Shown in pieces: positions 60,701 through 64,000 of a stretch of DNA of 64,000 bases. The translations under genes and the position numbers were made by a program. The DNA is from Eledone cirrhosa (Eukaryota). Location: NCBI GenBank assembly GCA_964016885.1, contig OZ024761.1, forward strand, positions 27,962,001-28,026,000. The letters run 5' to 3'. The notes beneath the pieces are model-generated. The model made no database searches and was not told where the DNA came from. It saw nothing but the letters and a program-made list of their open reading frames with translations. Each line of letters starts with the position of its first letter. The first letter of the stretch is position 1.

Positions 60701-63292
60701 CCATTACTACTACTACTAACAACAACAACTCCATTACTACTACTACTACTAACAACAACAACTCCATTACTACTACTACTAACAACAACGACTCCATTAC
60801 TACTACTACTACTAACAACAACAACTCCATTACTACTACTACTAACAACAACAACTCCATTACTACTACTACTAACAACAACAACTCCATTACTACTACT
60901 ACTACTAACAACAACAACTCCATTACTACTACTACTAACAACAACAACTCCATTACTACTACTACTACTAACAACAACAACTCCATTACTACTACTACTA
61001 CTAACAACAACAACTCCATTACTACTACTACTAACAACAACAACTCCATTACTACTACTACTACTAACAACAACAACTCCATTACTACTACTACTACTAA
61101 CAACAACAACTCCATTACTACTACTACTAACAACAACGACCCCATTACTACTACTACTACTAACAACAACAACTCCATTACTACTACTACTAACAACAAC
61201 AACTCCATTACTACTACTACTACTAACAACAACAACTCCATTACTACTACTACTAACAACAACAACTCCATTACTACTACTACTATTAACAACAACAACT
61301 CCATTACTACTACTACTAAAAACAACGACTCCATTACTACTACTACTACTAACAACAACAACTCCATTACTACTACTACTAACAACAACAACTCCATTAC
61401 TACTACTACTATTAACAACAACAACTCCATTACTACTACTACTAACAACAACAACTCCATTACTACTACTACTACTAACAACAACAACTCCATTACTACA
61501 ACTACTAACAACAACAACTCCATTACTACTACTACTACTAACAACAACAACTCCATTACAACTACTACTAACAACAACATCTCCATTACTACTACTACTA
61601 ACAACAACGACTCCATTACTACTACTGCTACTAACAAAAACAACCCCATTACTACTACTACTAACAACAACAACTCCATTACTACTACTACTACTAACAA
61701 CAACAACTCCATTACTACTACTACTAACAACAACAACTCCATTACTACTACTACTACTAACAACAACAACTCCATTACTACTACTACTAACAACAACGAC
61801 TCCATTACTACTACTACTACTAACAACAACAACTCCATTACTACTACTACTAACAACAACAACTCCATTACTACTACTACTAACAACAACAACTCCATTA
61901 CTACTACTACTACTAACAACAACAACTCCATTACTACTACTACTACTAACAACAACAACTCCATTACTACTACTACTAACAACAACAACTCCATTACTAC
62001 TACTACTACTAACAACACCAACTCCATTACTACTACTACTACTAACAACAACAACTCCATTACTACTACTACTACTAACAACAACAACTCCATTACTACT
62101 ACTACTAACAACAACAACTCCATTACTACTACTACTAACAACAACGACTCCATTACTACTACTACTACTAACAACAACAACTCCATTACTACTACTACTA
62201 ACAACAACAACTCCATTACTACTACTACTACTACTAACAACAACAACTCCATTACTACTACTACTAACAACAACAACTCCATTACTACTACTACTAACAA
62301 CAACAACTCCATTACTACTACTACTAACAACAATGACTCCATTACTACTACTACTACTACTAACAACAACAACTCCATTACTACTACTACTACTAACAAC
62401 AACAACTCCATTACTACTACTACTAACAACAACAACTCCATTACTACTACTACTAACAACAACGACTCCATTACTACTACTACTACTACTAACAACAACA
62501 ACTCCATTACTACTACTACTAACAACAACAACTCCATTACTACTACTACTAACAACAACAACTCCATTACTACTACTACTACTAACAACAACAACTCCAT
62601 TACTACTACTACTAACAACAACAACTCCATTACTACTACTACTACTAACAACAACAACTCCATTACTACTACTACTACTAACAACAACAACTCCATTACT
62701 ACTACTACTAACAACAACGACTCCATTACTACTACTACTACTAACAACAACAACTCCATTACTACTACTACTAACAACAACAACTCCATTACTACTACTA
62801 CTAACAACAACACCTCCATTACTACTACTACTACTAACAACAACGACTCCATTACTACTACTACTACTAAAAACGACTCCATTACTACTACTACTAACAA
62901 CAACAACTCCATTACTACTACTACTAACAACAACACCTCCATTACTACTACTACTAACAACAACGACTCCATTACTACTACTACTACTACTAACGACGAC
63001 TCCATTACTACTACTACTAACATCAACGACTCCATTACTACTACTACTACTGCTACTACTACTAACAACAATACCTCCATTACTACTACTACTAACAACA
63101 ACGACTCCATTACTACTACTACTACTACTAACGACGACTCCATTACTACTACTACTAACATCAACGACTCCATTACTACTACTACTACTGCTACTACTAC
63201 TAACAACAATACCTCCATTACTACTACTACTAACAACAACGACTCCATTACTACTACTACTAACAACAACGACTCCATTACTACTACTACTA
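54764..63292. repeat. Satellite of 30/33-bp units TCC ATT (ACT)4-6 (AAC)3-4 with 1635-bp higher-order repeat
   Basis: Rare AAC>AAA variants at 55660, 57295, 58429 and 60064 (spacings 1635, 1134, 1635); the gacccc variant shows the same spacings. Confidence 0.95.
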
Positions 63293-63492
63293 NNNNNNNN
63301 NNNNNNNNNNNNNNNNNNNNNNNNNNNNNNNNNNNNNNNNNNNNNNNNNNNNNNNNNNNNNNNNNNNNNNNNNNNNNNNNNNNNNNNNNNNNNNNNNNNN
63401 NNNNNNNNNNNNNNNNNNNNNNNNNNNNNNNNNNNNNNNNNNNNNNNNNNNNNNNNNNNNNNNNNNNNNNNNNNNNNNNNNNNNNNNNNNNN
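63293..63492. other. Assembly gap (200 N)
   Basis: Run of N. Confidence 1.
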
Positions 63493-63577
63493 TGATTGAA
63501 CGATAGATAGAGAGAGAGGAGAGAGAGGGTGTGTGTGTATCTATGTGTGTGAGTAATTAGAAGATAGATAGATAGAT

Positions 63578-63975
63578 GACTTTATTTTTATTTGCCACCA
63601 GGGCGTCAAAGAGAGGGACAAGTACAATGGGGCGGGTTTTACATAAAAAGGCGTCCTCAATAAGGAGGAGGCAATAACAAAATATAAAAATATAAAAATA
63701 TAAAATATAACAAAAATAAATTGAATAACAAAATCCTCAATAGGGAGGAGTCGCCTTGGGGGGTCGCACATACTGCCGAAAAAAGTGTGCAACCCTTCTC
63801 CTCAGGAGCACAGAGAGAGGGCGCTCCCTTGATCTTTCATCTTTCTCACCTACAGTCTGATGTAGAGTGAAGGCCCATTCACACGGGCCATTCTCGCCAC
63901 TTTCACCCATCTTTCATAGAAACGGCTGGGGTGCAGCACCTCTCTCTCCATCCTAATCCTTCTTCCGAAATGATA
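63578..63975 (-). mobile_element. Tx1-like LINE 3' fragment in (GATA)n
   Basis: Reverse complement aligns with ~39290-39649; GATA repeats on both sides. Confidence 0.9.
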
Positions 63976-64000
63976 TCGGTAGATAGGTAGATAGATAGAT

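Noticed and set aside
54681-63499. Three ~2900-aa ORFs as genes
   Set aside because: Produced by a trinucleotide-based satellite and extended through the N gap; not called as CDS.

Overview
AT-rich animal genomic DNA, probably octopus or another cephalopod (inferred from the SINE family and extreme microsatellite density). It is dominated by (TA)n, (CA)n, (GA)n, (TATC)n and (ACC)n repeats, and no host protein-coding gene is supported; almost all ORF-track entries are microsatellite translations. Recognisable content: a 5'-truncated, frameshifted Tx1-clade LINE (36990-39649) plus two 3' fragments, all embedded in (TATC)n; RTE-clade LINE fragments; the 3' end of an RLE-type (R4/Dong-like) element; many tRNA-derived SINE copies; a frameshifted Penelope-type GIY-YIG endonuclease missed by the ORF track (5994-6300); several minisatellites; an 8.5-kb (ACT)n(AAC)nTCCATT satellite with a 1635-bp higher-order period; and a 200-N gap. 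The main hidden signal is that many short 'unique' islands inside the (TA)n tracts carry type I hammerhead ribozyme (HHR) motifs: about 13 intact or single-mismatch cores and several degenerate ones, in at least 6 families. They are often arranged as fold-back palindromes with one ribozyme on each strand. One has a ~116-nt helix II region, and one family shows a head-to-tail junction. This points to a (TA)n-associated Penelope-like/retrozyme system. Ribozyme activity, circular RNA and mobilisation are inferences and are untested. All structures and alignments were read by eye.
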